A DNA stretch of 64,000 nucleotides from Alphaproteobacteria bacterium (GCA_965276005.1 OZ254962.1:2890699-2954698); one strand, 5' to 3'; counted from the stretch's first letter, positions 1 to 9,916 are shown. The notes: generated by a model from the sequence alone, not told the origin. Numbers and translations are program-made.

Positions 1-1159
1 CTTTTGGATTGTTAAAAACTTTGTTTAGCCCTAATGCTTCTAGTTGATTGCTACCATTTTCTGATAAATATTTTAAAGTTGTTTTTTCTAAATCAAACGA
101 CAGAATAGAGTATAATTTTGAAAATGCTTCGTCTGCAGGAATTCTTTTGCATATGATATGTTTTCCATCTTCTCTTTGATTTAAAAATAAGGTGCCTTGC
201 TTGATTTGTTTGTCTATTTCTTTCTTTTTGTTTTTACTATGATATATTTCAATATCTTCGTATACACATCTACGGTCTCCGTCACCTAGATTTTTATCAT
301 ATTTTCCAAAAACCTTTCGTAAAACATCATCATTAATTATGTACTCTTTACCATCTATTGTTGTCGTTTTAGATTGAATGACTTTTTTTCTAATCAATTT
401 AATTACATTTTGTTTAGAATATATGTGTATATAATCATGACCTTTTACAATAGTTTTTGCTTGTCCACCCCCTTTTGCCCTTTGGTGTATAAGCGTACCA
501 ATAAAATTCTCCTCCCCAAACACTTCGTCACAAACTTTTTTCAAGTTGGCTTGTTCGTTGTCGTCGATACTGATAAAAATAACTCCATATTCGGTTAAAA
601 GATTGCGGGCAAGGAGCAATCGGGGGTATATCATGTTAAGCCAGTTGGTATGTTTCCGTCCTGCGGTTTCTTTTTTGGCATGGGTGCGGGTGCCATCGTC
701 TGCCATCTGCCCCGTTTGTATCAGGTAATTTTTTAAATTGTCCGTATAATCGTCATCATACACAAAATCATTGCCCGTATTATAAGGCGGATCGATATAT
801 ATCATTTTTATCTTATTGCTGTATGATTTTTGCAATAATTTTAACACTTCCAAATTATCCCCCTCGATAACCATATTTTTTGTACTGTCCCAATGTTTAC
901 TTTCCTGTGGTACGGGCAACAAGGTGGCACGGGTAGGGGTATAAGCGATGCGTTCGGCTTTGCGTTTGCCGTGCCACGAAAAATTGTAATGGTGTTCCGT
1001 ATCGACCACCCCCCCTAATGTTTGTTTTAACGCATCAAAATCCACACCGCTTTCATTTACCACATGGGGAAATCGCTGTTTTATATAGTCGATATTCTCA
1101 GAAACTATATTATGGCTAGCATCATTCAGATCACTCCTGTATATGGGTGTATCAGCCAT
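1..1159 (-). CDS. mod: Type III restriction-modification DNA methyltransferase (Mod), 3' end outside window
   Basis: Manual translation of the minus strand from ATG 1159: MADTPIY...FSWHGKRKA...NMVIEGDNLEVLKLLQKSYSNKIKMIYIDPPYNTGNDFVY...WLNMIYPRLLLARNLL...IFISIDDNEQANL...VFNNPK. DPPY motif; frame open to base 1, so absent from the ORF track. Confidence 0.92.
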   Translation of the reverse strand, partial: MADTPIYRSDLNDASHNIVSENIDYIKQRFPHVVNESGVDFDALKQTLGGVVDTEHHYNFSWHGKRKAERIAYTPTRATLLPVPQESKHWDSTKNMVIEGDNLEVLKLLQKSYSNKIKMIYIDPPYNTGNDFVYDDDYTDNLKNYLIQTGQMADDGTRTHAKKETAGRKHTNWLNMIYPRLLLARNLLTEYGVIFISIDDNEQANLKKVCDEVFGEENFIGTLIHQRAKGGGQAKTIVKGHDYIHIYSKQNVIKLIRKKVIQSKTTTIDGKEYIINDDVLRKVFGKYDKNLGDGDRRCVYEDIEIYHSKNKKKEIDKQIKQGTLFLNQREDGKHIICKRIPADEAFSKLYSILSFDLEKTTLKYLSENGSNQLEALGLNKVFNNPK

Positions 1160-1183
1160 TACACACCCCCACACAAAATTTTA

Positions 1184-1197
1184 GGGGGGGGGGGGGG
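1184..1197. repeat. G14 homopolymer in the mod 5' leader, inside a 14-codon upstream mini-ORF (1225-1181, minus)
   Basis: 14 consecutive G; on the minus strand ATG 1225 reads MPYINPVKYTPPPP* through it. Confidence 0.85.
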
Positions 1198-1267
1198 TAT
1201 ATTTCACAGGGTTTATGTATGGCATTTTCTCTCTCTTAATATATTTTAAAGGTTACATTTGGTACTG

Positions 1268-1296
1268 TATATAGTAGTATTTTCGTATCGTGTCAA
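1268..1296 (-). promoter_or_regulatory. Sigma70-like promoter for mod
   Basis: Minus strand TTGACA-17 nt-TATATA. Confidence 0.6.
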
Positions 1297-1299
1297 CGC

Positions 1300-1397
1300 A
1301 AAAATCTATTGCATATAGTTTTTTACAATAAACCGTTTGACTTGCATTCGGTTTTACTGTATATGTGGTTTAGTTTTTTCAAAAATCGCATTTTGAA
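1300..1397 (+). repeat. 98-bp imperfect direct repeat, copy 1 (duplicated ffh promoter region)
   Basis: aaaaatctatt...aataaaccgtttgact...attcggttttactgtatat...tttagttttttcaaaaatcgcattttgaa recurs at 2785-2882; contains TTGACT-17-TATAT. Confidence 0.9.
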
Positions 1398-1507
1398 GTA
1401 TCATGTGATTTTCTTATGATAGATATTAGTTCGTTGTTGCTCTCCGTCACTTGGTTCGTGAAAGAAAAAAGGCAAAAAATGAATAAAAATGTTAGATACT
1501 TGATTTT

Positions 1508-2203
1508 ATGACTGAATATAACATTTATTGTGACGAAAGCTGTCATTTACAGCATGAAAAATATGATGACCATAATCGTTACATGGTTATTGGAGGGGTT
1601 TATTGTCCTTTGCACTTAAAAAATGATATTTTTACCCGAATCAAAAATATTAAGCATAAGCACGGTATAAAAAATGCAGAAATGAAGTGGGTTAAGGTGT
1701 CTAAAAATAAATTATCTGCATATTTAGAATTGATGGATTTGTTTTTTGATATACATGAATTAAACTTCAGAGCGGTGATTATCGATAAAGAACAATTAAA
1801 TCACACTGCGTTTGGACAAAGCCATGATACCTTTTATCACAAAATGTATTACACAATGTTAAACTATATTGTGGATAATCAAGATACTTACAATATTTAT
1901 TTGGATATAAAAGATACCAAAGGGAGTCGAAAAGTATCAAAGCTGCAAGACATTTTAAGACACCATAATAACATTAAACAATGTCAGCAAATACGATCTC
2001 ACGAAGTGGTATTAATGGAACTTGCCGACATTTTGATTGGTGCGATTTCATATATTAATCGATATGGTAAAAATGGGCAGAGCGATGCGAAAATAACATT
2101 GACAGATTATATTATCAATACATCGAAACAAAACTTAACTTCCAAAAGTCCACATTATGAGAAAAAAATAAATGTATTGCTGTGGCAGGGGCAAAATGCT
2201 TAA
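1508..2203 (+). CDS. DUF3800 domain protein (RNase H-like fold, phage P1 RlfA-like)
   Basis: YNIYCDESCHL at the N-terminus, YNIYLDIKDT, and IRSHEVVLMELADILIGAISY near the C-terminus are typical DUF3800 motifs. Confidence 0.85.
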   Translation: MTEYNIYCDESCHLQHEKYDDHNRYMVIGGVYCPLHLKNDIFTRIKNIKHKHGIKNAEMKWVKVSKNKLSAYLELMDLFFDIHELNFRAVIIDKEQLNHTAFGQSHDTFYHKMYYTMLNYIVDNQDTYNIYLDIKDTKGSRKVSKLQDILRHHNNIKQCQQIRSHEVVLMELADILIGAISYINRYGKNGQSDAKITLTDYIINTSKQNLTSKSPHYEKKINVLLWQGQNA

Positions 2204-2688
2204 TGCTATATCCGCATATGTTTAATATAGATGAAACTTTAACTTGTATACGCACAAAGTGCGATGCCCCGTATGATTTTTTTATGAGAGAAATTGTAAA
2301 TGGTGGTTTGACTTATAATAGTAAACAGATTTCTTTTAAACGATGGGCTGAAATTCATGGTATGCACCGCAGTTTTTGGCACGCTGTTACAGATAGGGCT
2401 AATCACAGACATAGGGACGAATATCGAATTTTCTGTGCCGACAGATGTAAAAAAATTGGGTGGATTAAATCGGCACTGACAAATTCTGATACCATCGTAT
2501 ATGAAGAACATTACAGAGGTAACACTGTACGAATAAATATTATGCTAGAAAGATGTTACATTGTGGTTTTGGAAAAACGACCCGAGTATTATCTGTTTAT
2601 AACGGGATTTCCCATCAAATATAATCGTAAAATACAAGATGTTATCAGAAACCACCAACAATACATAAAGCAAGGGACGCCCATATAA
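2203..2688 (+). CDS. Hypothetical partner of DUF3800 (RlfB-like)
   Basis: ATG 2203 overlaps the TAA of the upstream gene (translational coupling). Contains SFWHAVT, RCKKIGWIK and YIVVLEKRPEYYLFITGFP motifs. Confidence 0.7.
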   Translation: MLYPHMFNIDETLTCIRTKCDAPYDFFMREIVNGGLTYNSKQISFKRWAEIHGMHRSFWHAVTDRANHRHRDEYRIFCADRCKKIGWIKSALTNSDTIVYEEHYRGNTVRINIMLERCYIVVLEKRPEYYLFITGFPIKYNRKIQDVIRNHQQYIKQGTPI

Positions 2689-2736
2689 GTATGTGGCGTC
2701 CCGCAAATCTCCGTCTGCAACTTGGTAGGTGAGATA
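2665..2736 (-). ncRNA. Candidate ~70-nt small RNA convergent on the DUF3800 operon
   Basis: Perfect TTGACA-17-TATAAT promoter (2770-2742, minus) with no ORF behind it, then two stem-loops: ATCTC..GAGAT and GGGACGCC..GGCGTCCC (2674-2702). Confidence 0.65.
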
Positions 2737-2741
2737 ACTAC

Positions 2742-2770
2742 ATTATATGGCATAGTTATATCGGTGTCAA
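2742..2770 (-). promoter_or_regulatory. Consensus sigma70 promoter driving the candidate sRNA
   Basis: Minus strand TTGACA ccgatataactatgcca TATAAT. Confidence 0.8.
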
Positions 2771-2784
2771 TTGTTTTTTTACAT

Positions 2785-2882
2785 AAAAATCTATTTCATA
2801 CAGATTTTTATAATAAACCGTTTGACTCGTATTCGGTTTTACTGTATATATCGTTTAGTTTTTTCAAAAATCGCATTTTGAA
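2785..2882 (+). repeat. 98-bp direct repeat copy 2, probable native ffh promoter
   Basis: Matches 1300-1397; TTGACT-17-TATATA at 2822-2850. Confidence 0.85.
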
Positions 2883-3005
2883 AGTTTATATTTCCGTCTG
2901 TGGTCGGATATAGCCCTATGGGGTCAGCTGGTCTACGAGTTTCGTACGCTGGTGTTTTTTTCGTTATGGGATTTTTGCAGTGTAATATAATTTTAAGGTG
3001 CCAAT

Positions 3006-4457
3006 ATGTTTGATGGGTTGCAGGCGAAATTAGGGTCGGTTTTTGATAGGTTGAAAGGCAAAGGGGCGTTGACTGCCAAGGATGTCGATGCGGCTATGGT
3101 TGAGATTCGGCGGGCGTTGCTGGATGCGGATGTGGCGTTGCCGGTGGTGCGGTCTTTTGTCGACCGGGTTAAGGAACAAGCCTTAGGCGAAGCGGTATTA
3201 AAATCTGTTACCCCCGGGCAACAGGTGGTTAAGATCGTCCACGATGTTATGGTCGACATTTTTAATGGCGATGAACAGGGTGTTTCTAGCGATGCTATGG
3301 ATACGAAAAACTTTGCGGGGGCGTTAAACTTGCGGGGGGAACCGCCTGTGGCGATTGTGATGGTGGGTTTGCAAGGGGCGGGGAAAACCACCAGTACGGG
3401 CAAAATTGCTGGTATTCTACAAAACAAAAATCGCAAAAAAGTTTTGATGGCGTCCCTTGATGTGGCACGACCTGCCGCTCAGCAACAACTGGCGGTACTG
3501 GGCGAACAAGTGGGGGTCGATACCTTACCGATTATTGCTGGGCAATCCCCTGTCGATATTGCCAAACGGGCGATGCAGGCGGGGCGATTGGGCGGCTATG
3601 ATGTGGTGATGCTGGATACGGCGGGGCGGTTGTCCATCGATGAGGCGTTAATGTTCGAATTGGCACAGATTAACGCCGTTGCCAAACCGCAGGAAACTTT
3701 GTTGGTAGCGGACGCTATGACCGGGCAAGACAGCGTTACTACAGCCGAAAATTTTAAGGCAAAACTCAGCCTCACCGGCATTGTCCTAACCCGTGTCGAT
3801 GGGGACAGTCGAGGCGGGGCGGCACTGTCGATGCGGGCAACTACTGGGTGTCCGATTAAGTTTATGGGGGTTGGGGAAAAACTGGACGATATTGAACTGT
3901 TTGACGCCAACAGAATTGCCAACCGTATTTTAGGCATGGGCGATATTGTCGCTTTGGTCGAAAAAGCCCAACAAACCGCATCTGAACAAGACATGGAAAA
4001 AATGGCAAAGCGGATGATGTCCGGTAAATTCGACCTAAACGACTTAAAATCCCAGCTGACGCAAATGCAAAATATGGGCGGATTGGGCGGTGTGATGGGT
4101 ATGTTGCCCGGCGTGGGTAAAATGAAAAGCAAAATGGAATCAGCGGGTATTAACGATGCCATGCTGGGGCGGCAAATTGCCATCATCAACTCGATGACCC
4201 GCAAAGAACGGCAAAACCCAAAAATCTTACATGCGTCCCGTAAAAAACGCATCGCCAGCGGATCCGGCACGCAAGTATCAGACATTAACAAATTGCTAAA
4301 ACAATTCCAAACGATGGAAAGAGCCATGAAACAGATGCGAAAAATGGGCGGAAAAATGCCCGCTATGCCGGGCGGCGGTATGGGTGGAAATATGGGCGGA
4401 GGTATACCTTTTGCTGGGGGCAAACCCCCCAGTGGGGGATTTCCCTTTGGCGGGTAA
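3006..4457 (+). CDS. ffh: Signal recognition particle protein Ffh
   Basis: GLQGAGKTT, DTAGR and TRVDGDSRGGAALS motifs; Met-rich M domain. Confidence 0.99.
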   Translation: MFDGLQAKLGSVFDRLKGKGALTAKDVDAAMVEIRRALLDADVALPVVRSFVDRVKEQALGEAVLKSVTPGQQVVKIVHDVMVDIFNGDEQGVSSDAMDTKNFAGALNLRGEPPVAIVMVGLQGAGKTTSTGKIAGILQNKNRKKVLMASLDVARPAAQQQLAVLGEQVGVDTLPIIAGQSPVDIAKRAMQAGRLGGYDVVMLDTAGRLSIDEALMFELAQINAVAKPQETLLVADAMTGQDSVTTAENFKAKLSLTGIVLTRVDGDSRGGAALSMRATTGCPIKFMGVGEKLDDIELFDANRIANRILGMGDIVALVEKAQQTASEQDMEKMAKRMMSGKFDLNDLKSQLTQMQNMGGLGGVMGMLPGVGKMKSKMESAGINDAMLGRQIAIINSMTRKERQNPKILHASRKKRIASGSGTQVSDINKLLKQFQTMERAMKQMRKMGGKMPAMPGGGMGGNMGGGIPFAGGKPPSGGFPFGG

Positions 4458-4522
4458 TCCCTATGCCGCACATGATGGTGTGTGTGGATAGTATTAACTT
4501 ACAAACCGTAACGGAGTAAAAT

Positions 4523-4927
4523 ATGGGTTTAAAAATTAGATTGGCACGGGGGGGTTCGAAAAAACGCCCTTATTATCGTATTGTGGTTGCCGATGCACGG
4601 GCACCACGAGACGGGCGATTCATCGAAAAAGTAGGCACTTATAACCCTATGGTGGCAAAACACCATGTACAACGGGTTACTTTGGTCGACGACCGCATTC
4701 GCTATTGGTTGGGCGAAGGGGCGGAACCTACGGATCGGGTAAGACGCTTTTTGGCGACCGCAAACTTGGTCGACGCACGGAAAATTCCCGTACAAACCAA
4801 AAAACACCTGCAGTCTGCACGAACCAAGATGAAAATCGAAGAACGACAAGCAAAACGGACGGCAGCATCAGAAGTATTGGCAGAGACATCAGAAACACCA
4901 GCCGATACGGACAGTGCCAGCGAATAA
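4523..4927 (+). CDS. rpsP: 30S ribosomal protein S16
   Basis: [40 protein letters not shown]; conserved operon position. Confidence 0.99.
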   Translation: MGLKIRLARGGSKKRPYYRIVVADARAPRDGRFIEKVGTYNPMVAKHHVQRVTLVDDRIRYWLGEGAEPTDRVRRFLATANLVDARKIPVQTKKHLQSARTKMKIEERQAKRTAASEVLAETSETPADTDSASE

Positions 4928-4962
4928 CCGCTTGTTATATGGCTGACAATAGGCATAGGACC

Positions 4963-5493
4963 ATGACAGATACTCTTATCACAATCGGCGTTATTACCCA
5001 CGCACACGGTATCAAAGGGGCGGTAAAAGTCAAAAGCTTTACGCAAAATCCCGATGATATTTTTGCCTATACCCCGACTTATGATACGCATGGTCAGCCG
5101 TTGCACATAGCCAAAATCGGCGTTGCCAAAGGGCTATATATGGCACAGGTTACGGGCTGTCATACCCGTACCGATGCGGATAGGCTAAAAGGCACGGAAA
5201 TTTGTGTGCGGCGAAGCCAACTGCCCTCTCTCGAGGACAATACATATTATCATACGGATTTGTTGCAATGTACGGTTTTAAATGCGTGTGATACCCCCAT
5301 TGGCACGGTTAAAGGCTTGCACAACTACGGGGCGGGCGATTTAATCGAAGTGCTGTTTACGGATACACAACATACGGAGTTATTTTTGTTTACGACCGCT
5401 GTGGGGAATATCGATCTGCAGAAAAAAACGGTTGTACTGCATATACCCGATGCTGTATCTGCCAACCACACACAACCGACAAGGACACCATAG
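4963..5493 (+). CDS. rimM: Ribosome maturation factor RimM
   Basis: IGVITHAHGIKGAVKVKSFT, YYHTDL and NYGAGDLIEV motifs; start reassigned to ATG 4963. Confidence 0.95.
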   Translation: MTDTLITIGVITHAHGIKGAVKVKSFTQNPDDIFAYTPTYDTHGQPLHIAKIGVAKGLYMAQVTGCHTRTDADRLKGTEICVRRSQLPSLEDNTYYHTDLLQCTVLNACDTPIGTVKGLHNYGAGDLIEVLFTDTQHTELFLFTTAVGNIDLQKKTVVLHIPDAVSANHTQPTRTP

Positions 5494-5497
5494 CAAG

Positions 5498-6193
5498 ATG
5501 TTAAGCGTGCATGTACTAACCCTGTTCCCAGATATGTTTCCCGGTGTGTTAGGGGCGTCTATCCCTGCCAAAGCCCGGGCAAACAACCTGTGGCAGCTAC
5601 ACACCGTACAGATACGGGATTTTGCTTATGACAAGCACGCAACTGTCGACGATGCCCCATTTGGCGGCGGTGCGGGTATGGTGATGCGCCCGGATGTGAT
5701 CGATAACGCTTTAAACAGTATCGACACGGTGGGTACCGTTGTCTGTACCAGCCCCCGGGGCAAAGTGTGGACTCACCACATGGCTCGAGCGTTTGCCCAG
5801 CTGTCTGAGATAACTTTTGTGTGTGGACGATACGAAGGTATCGATCAACGGGTTATCGACAAATGGGACATGCTTGAGGTCAGTGTCGGCGATTTTGTGC
5901 TGAGCGGTGGTGAACCGGCGGTACAAGTGATGCTCGATTCGGTTGTTCGCTTACTGCCGGGGGCGGTAGGCGATGCGGACTCTATCGTCGAGGAAAGTTT
6001 TGAGGACGGATTGTTGGAATATTCCCATTATACCCGTCCGCAACACTGGCAGGGATACACAGTTCCCGAAGTGCTACTGAGCGGACATCATGCAAACATT
6101 GCCAAGTGGCGACAATCCGAACGCACCCGCATTACCAAACACCGGCGTGCCGATTTATGGCACCGATATGAACACTATTCTAAGAAAGGATAA
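5498..6193 (+). CDS. trmD: tRNA (guanine-N1)-methyltransferase TrmD
   Basis: [32 protein letters not shown] and [11 protein letters not shown] motifs; start ATG 5498. Confidence 0.98.
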   Translation: MLSVHVLTLFPDMFPGVLGASIPAKARANNLWQLHTVQIRDFAYDKHATVDDAPFGGGAGMVMRPDVIDNALNSIDTVGTVVCTSPRGKVWTHHMARAFAQLSEITFVCGRYEGIDQRVIDKWDMLEVSVGDFVLSGGEPAVQVMLDSVVRLLPGAVGDADSIVEESFEDGLLEYSHYTRPQHWQGYTVPEVLLSGHHANIAKWRQSERTRITKHRRADLWHRYEHYSKKG

Positions 6194-6197
6194 AACA

Positions 6198-6620
6198 ATG
6201 AATACTATCATGCAACACCTAGAACAAGCAGAAATTGCCCGGGTAACAGAGGGCAAAAACATTCCCGCATTCAAAGCCGGCGACAATGTCAAAGTACATG
6301 TACGGATTACCGAAGGCACCACCACCCGGGTACAGGCGTTCGAAGGCGTCGTCATCGCCCGCCGTAACGCCGGGCTGCACAGCAGCTTTACCGTCCGTAA
6401 ACTGTCTTCTGGCGAGGGGGTGGAAAAAGTGTTTCCTCTGTATTCCCCCCGCATAGAAAAAATCGAAGTGGTACGGTATGGCAAAGTCAGACGGGCAAAG
6501 CTGTACTACTTGCGAGGACGCACAGGCAAAGCGGCACGGATTACCGAAGAACGCATTGGCAAACGGGAAGCACAGCTGGCAAAAATGGCAGAAGCAGCCA
6601 AAAAAGCCAACACCGTTTAG
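6198..6620 (+). CDS. rplS: 50S ribosomal protein L19
   Basis: [21 protein letters not shown] and [12 protein letters not shown] motifs; start ATG 6198 after AAGGA. Confidence 0.98.
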   Translation: MNTIMQHLEQAEIARVTEGKNIPAFKAGDNVKVHVRITEGTTTRVQAFEGVVIARRNAGLHSSFTVRKLSSGEGVEKVFPLYSPRIEKIEVVRYGKVRRAKLYYLRGRTGKAARITEERIGKREAQLAKMAEAAKKANTV

Positions 6621-6744
6621 TACAAGTGGTATAGTCTATATTGCAACAATAGACATCGCACAGGTGCAAAGTAGGCTGTCGATAGGGGGCTGCGGGTGTT
6701 CTGTGTGGGTAAAAAACGGCGATAACAGAAAAGCAAGCTTCTAC

Positions 6745-6773
6745 TTGACACCATACAATATACATGGTATATT
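6745..6773 (+). promoter_or_regulatory. Sigma70-like promoter of the TA operon
   Basis: TTGACA-17-TATATT. Confidence 0.65.
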
Positions 6774-6840
6774 GTGTCTAATGAAGGCAGATGGGCTGCT
6801 TTTGAAACGCCCGGAATGGGCATAAATAGAGGTTTTTACA

Positions 6841-7068
6841 ATGAAACATGAGGGTATTGCATTACACCGCACGGGGGGGGTGCGTGATTTCGCAGATGTA
6901 GGCACTAGCACTTTTAACAGTGCTGGGGTGTTGGGCAATGGGGGTGCGGAAACGGCAATGGACGCAACCGAATACCTAATGTCCTGCCCCGAAACTATGG
7001 CGGACATTCGCAAGAGTCGACAGGAAGCAAAACAGGGTAAAGTACACAAATTTACCGATCATCTGTAA
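6841..7068 (+). CDS. YefM-like antitoxin (only the C-terminal toxin-binding part is recognisable)
   Basis: MDATEYLMSCPETMADIRKSRQEAKQGK resembles the YefM C-terminus; its stop overlaps the yoeB start. Confidence 0.65.
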   Translation: MKHEGIALHRTGGVRDFADVGTSTFNSAGVLGNGGAETAMDATEYLMSCPETMADIRKSRQEAKQGKVHKFTDHL

Positions 7069-7331
7069 TGTATGACATTGAGTTTACCGATACGGGTTTA
7101 TCCCATTATAAATATTGGCAGAAACATAATCCTAAGATAGCCGAAAGAATTATAAAACTATTGCAGCAGTGTTGCCAGAGCCCATATGAGGGCATCGGAA
7201 AACCAGAACCGTTAAAATATGAACTATCCGGTTTGTGGTCTAGACGCATAGACAGACGACACCGGTTGGTGTATGAGATTGTCGATACTGTCGTACTGGT
7301 ACACGCCTGCCGTTACCATTATAAGGGATAG
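7068..7331 (+). CDS. yoeB: Txe/YoeB family mRNA interferase toxin
   Basis: GIGKPEPLKYELSGLWSRRIDRRHRLVY...CRYHY. Confidence 0.95.
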   Translation: MYDIEFTDTGLSHYKYWQKHNPKIAERIIKLLQQCCQSPYEGIGKPEPLKYELSGLWSRRIDRRHRLVYEIVDTVVLVHACRYHYKG

Positions 7332-7471
7332 TTTGCCACATGGTTAAGCGGGTGTGGTTCTTACCCATCGATAAAGAGTCGTTGTTTTTTGTTGCATTTT
7401 GTTTAAGATGTGGTTTATAATCACAACAGAAAAATACATTTATTAGTACATTCGTTTCTGTGGGTATAAAC

Positions 7472-8890
7472 ATGACTGCTGAGCCAAAGACATTGTTCGA
7501 TAAAATTTGGGATTACCATTGTGTTAAGGTTTTGCCTGATGGTACGGCTATTTTGTATATCGATCGCCATCTGGTGCATGAGGTGACTTCGCCGCAGGCG
7601 TTCGAGGGGTTACGCATGGCAAACCGCCATTTGCGGCGGGTCGATAAGACTTTGGCGACCCCCGACCACAATGTGCCGACTCTCAACCGCCATCAGGGTA
7701 TTGCCGATGAAAATTCCCGTATTCAAGTGGAAACCTTACGCCAAAATACACAACAATTTGGCGTGCGGTTGTTCGACATGGACGACAGCCGTCAAGGCAT
7801 TGTCCATGTGGTGGGACCCGAACAAGGGTTTTCTTTACCCGGTATGACTTTGGTATGTGGCGACAGCCACACTTCGACACATGGGGCGTTTGGAGCGTTG
7901 GCGTTTGGTATTGGTACTTCGGAAGTCGAACATGTGATGGCGACCCAAACCCTGTTGCAAAAGCCGGCAAAAAACATGCGTATTACCGTCGACGGACATG
8001 TGCGTAAGGGTATCACCGCCAAAGATATTATCTTGAGCATTATTGGCAAAATTGGCACGGGGGGTGGTACGGGCTGTGTCATTGAGTACGCTGGTACGGC
8101 TATTCGGTCGCTGTCTATGGAAGCCCGAATGACTGTGTGCAATATGAGTATCGAGGCGGGGGCAAGGGCGGGCTTAATCGCCCCAGATGAAACCACTTTT
8201 GCCTACATCAAAGGCAGACCTATGGCACCACAAGGGGACATGTTCGAGCGGGCGGTTGCCCATTGGCGGACTTTGTATACGGATGCGGCGGCGGTGTTTG
8301 ATAACGAGGTGTATATCCACACGGACGATATTGACCTTATGACCACTTGGGGGACTTCGCCACAGGATACGGTTCCTATCAGTGGCATCGTACCATACCC
8401 CGATGACGCCACCGATGAAAACACAAAAAACCACATGCTACGGGCGTTGGCGTATATGGGGTTACAAGCGGGCATGCCCATATCAGAAATTGCCCTCGAT
8501 AAAGTGTTTATCGGCTCGTGTACCAACTCCCGTATCGAGGATTTACGCACGGTGGCACAGGTTGCCATCGGGCGAAAAGTTGCCGATGGGGTGCATGCGA
8601 TTGTGGTACCCGGTTCGGGCTTGGTAAAAATGCAGGCAGAGGCGGAAGGTATTGACAAGGTATTGGTGAACGCTGGTTTTGATTGGCGACAGCCGGGCTG
8701 TTCTATGTGTCTTGCCATGAATGCGGATCGGTTGCAACCGGGGGAACGCTGTGCGTCCACTTCGAACCGCAACTTCGAAGGGCGACAAGGACGGGGGGGA
8801 CGCACGCACCTTGTATCGCCTGCGGTAGCGGCGGCATCGGCAATCACCGGACGGATAACCGACTATCGCCACTTGGTCGACGGAGGATAA
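7472..8890 (+). CDS. leuC: 3-isopropylmalate dehydratase large subunit
   Basis: [47 protein letters not shown] and [12 protein letters not shown] motifs. Confidence 0.99.
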   Translation: MTAEPKTLFDKIWDYHCVKVLPDGTAILYIDRHLVHEVTSPQAFEGLRMANRHLRRVDKTLATPDHNVPTLNRHQGIADENSRIQVETLRQNTQQFGVRLFDMDDSRQGIVHVVGPEQGFSLPGMTLVCGDSHTSTHGAFGALAFGIGTSEVEHVMATQTLLQKPAKNMRITVDGHVRKGITAKDIILSIIGKIGTGGGTGCVIEYAGTAIRSLSMEARMTVCNMSIEAGARAGLIAPDETTFAYIKGRPMAPQGDMFERAVAHWRTLYTDAAAVFDNEVYIHTDDIDLMTTWGTSPQDTVPISGIVPYPDDATDENTKNHMLRALAYMGLQAGMPISEIALDKVFIGSCTNSRIEDLRTVAQVAIGRKVADGVHAIVVPGSGLVKMQAEAEGIDKVLVNAGFDWRQPGCSMCLAMNADRLQPGERCASTSNRNFEGRQGRGGRTHLVSPAVAAASAITGRITDYRHLVDGG

Positions 8891-8891
8891 C

Positions 8892-9494
8892 TTGGACAAA
8901 TTTACCAAACTAACCGGGATTTGTGCCCCGATGGATAGTATCAATATCGACACGGATATGATTTTACCCAAACAGTATTTAAAAGTCATCACCCGTACCG
9001 GGCTGGGGGTGCATGCGTTTGAAGACATCCGTTATGACGAAGACGGTAAGGAAATGCCCGATTTTATTTTAAACCACCCCCATTATCGCAACGCCCAAAT
9101 TCTGATTGCCGGCGATAATTTTGGCTGTGGGTCGTCCCGTGAACACGCCCCATGGGCATTGGCAGATTTTGGCATTAGGTGTGTCATTTCCACATCTATT
9201 GCCGATATTTTTTACAACAACTGTTTTAACAACGGCATGTGTCCGATTGTGTTATCGCCCGATCAGCATCGGGAAATTATGGATTTGGTAAAACATGTGG
9301 ATGCCTCAGAAATCACCGTCGATTTACACCGTAAAACCATCGTAGCCGGCAATAAAATATACCCGTTCCAGATGGACGATGCTTTGCGAAATCGCTTGTT
9401 AAATGGATTAGACCACATTGGTATAACCCTAGAACACGAAGACGACATTGCCAAGTGGGAGGCGAAGGACGCTTTAAACCGCCCGTGGGCTTAA
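8892..9494 (+). CDS. leuD: 3-isopropylmalate dehydratase small subunit
   Basis: NIDTDMILPKQYL and NFGCGSSREHAPWAL motifs; TTG start after GGAGG. Confidence 0.98.
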   Translation: MDKFTKLTGICAPMDSINIDTDMILPKQYLKVITRTGLGVHAFEDIRYDEDGKEMPDFILNHPHYRNAQILIAGDNFGCGSSREHAPWALADFGIRCVISTSIADIFYNNCFNNGMCPIVLSPDQHREIMDLVKHVDASEITVDLHRKTIVAGNKIYPFQMDDALRNRLLNGLDHIGITLEHEDDIAKWEAKDALNRPWA

Positions 9495-9547
9495 GTGAAT
9501 CTTGCAATACAGCCCCCACAATCATTTTATAACAATGGAGAAACAGT

Positions 9548-9916
9548 ATGACATACGATACCAACAACATATTTGCAAAAATTTTACGGGGGGAAATTCC
9601 CAATACCACTGTATACGAAGATGATTTTGTCCTCGCCTTTTACGACATCAGCCCCGCCCGCAAAGTCCACGCACTGGTTATCCCCAAGGGGGCATACACG
9701 GATTACACGGACTTTATCGACAACGCCACAGCCGATGAAATCATCGGTTTTCACAACGGGGTGATAAAAACCATTGATATATTAGGGATACGAGAAAAGG
9801 GATACCGTATCATCAGCAACACAGGACAACATGGACAACAAGAAGTCCCGCACCTGCATTACCACATACTAGGCGGTGAATGCGTAGGGGTGTTGGTTAT
9901 GGCTAAGCCAGCATAA
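9548..9916 (+). CDS. HIT family nucleotide-binding protein
   Basis: NIFAKILRGEIP at the N-terminus and a QEVPHLHYHILGG histidine triad. Confidence 0.95.
   Translation: MTYDTNNIFAKILRGEIPNTTVYEDDFVLAFYDISPARKVHALVIPKGAYTDYTDFIDNATADEIIGFHNGVIKTIDILGIREKGYRIISNTGQHGQQEVPHLHYHILGGECVGVLVMAKPA

Noticed and set aside
2993-9454. Long antisense ORFs over ffh, rpsP, rplS and leuCD
   Set aside because: These are shadows of conserved genes caused by codon bias; no RBS or recognisable motifs.
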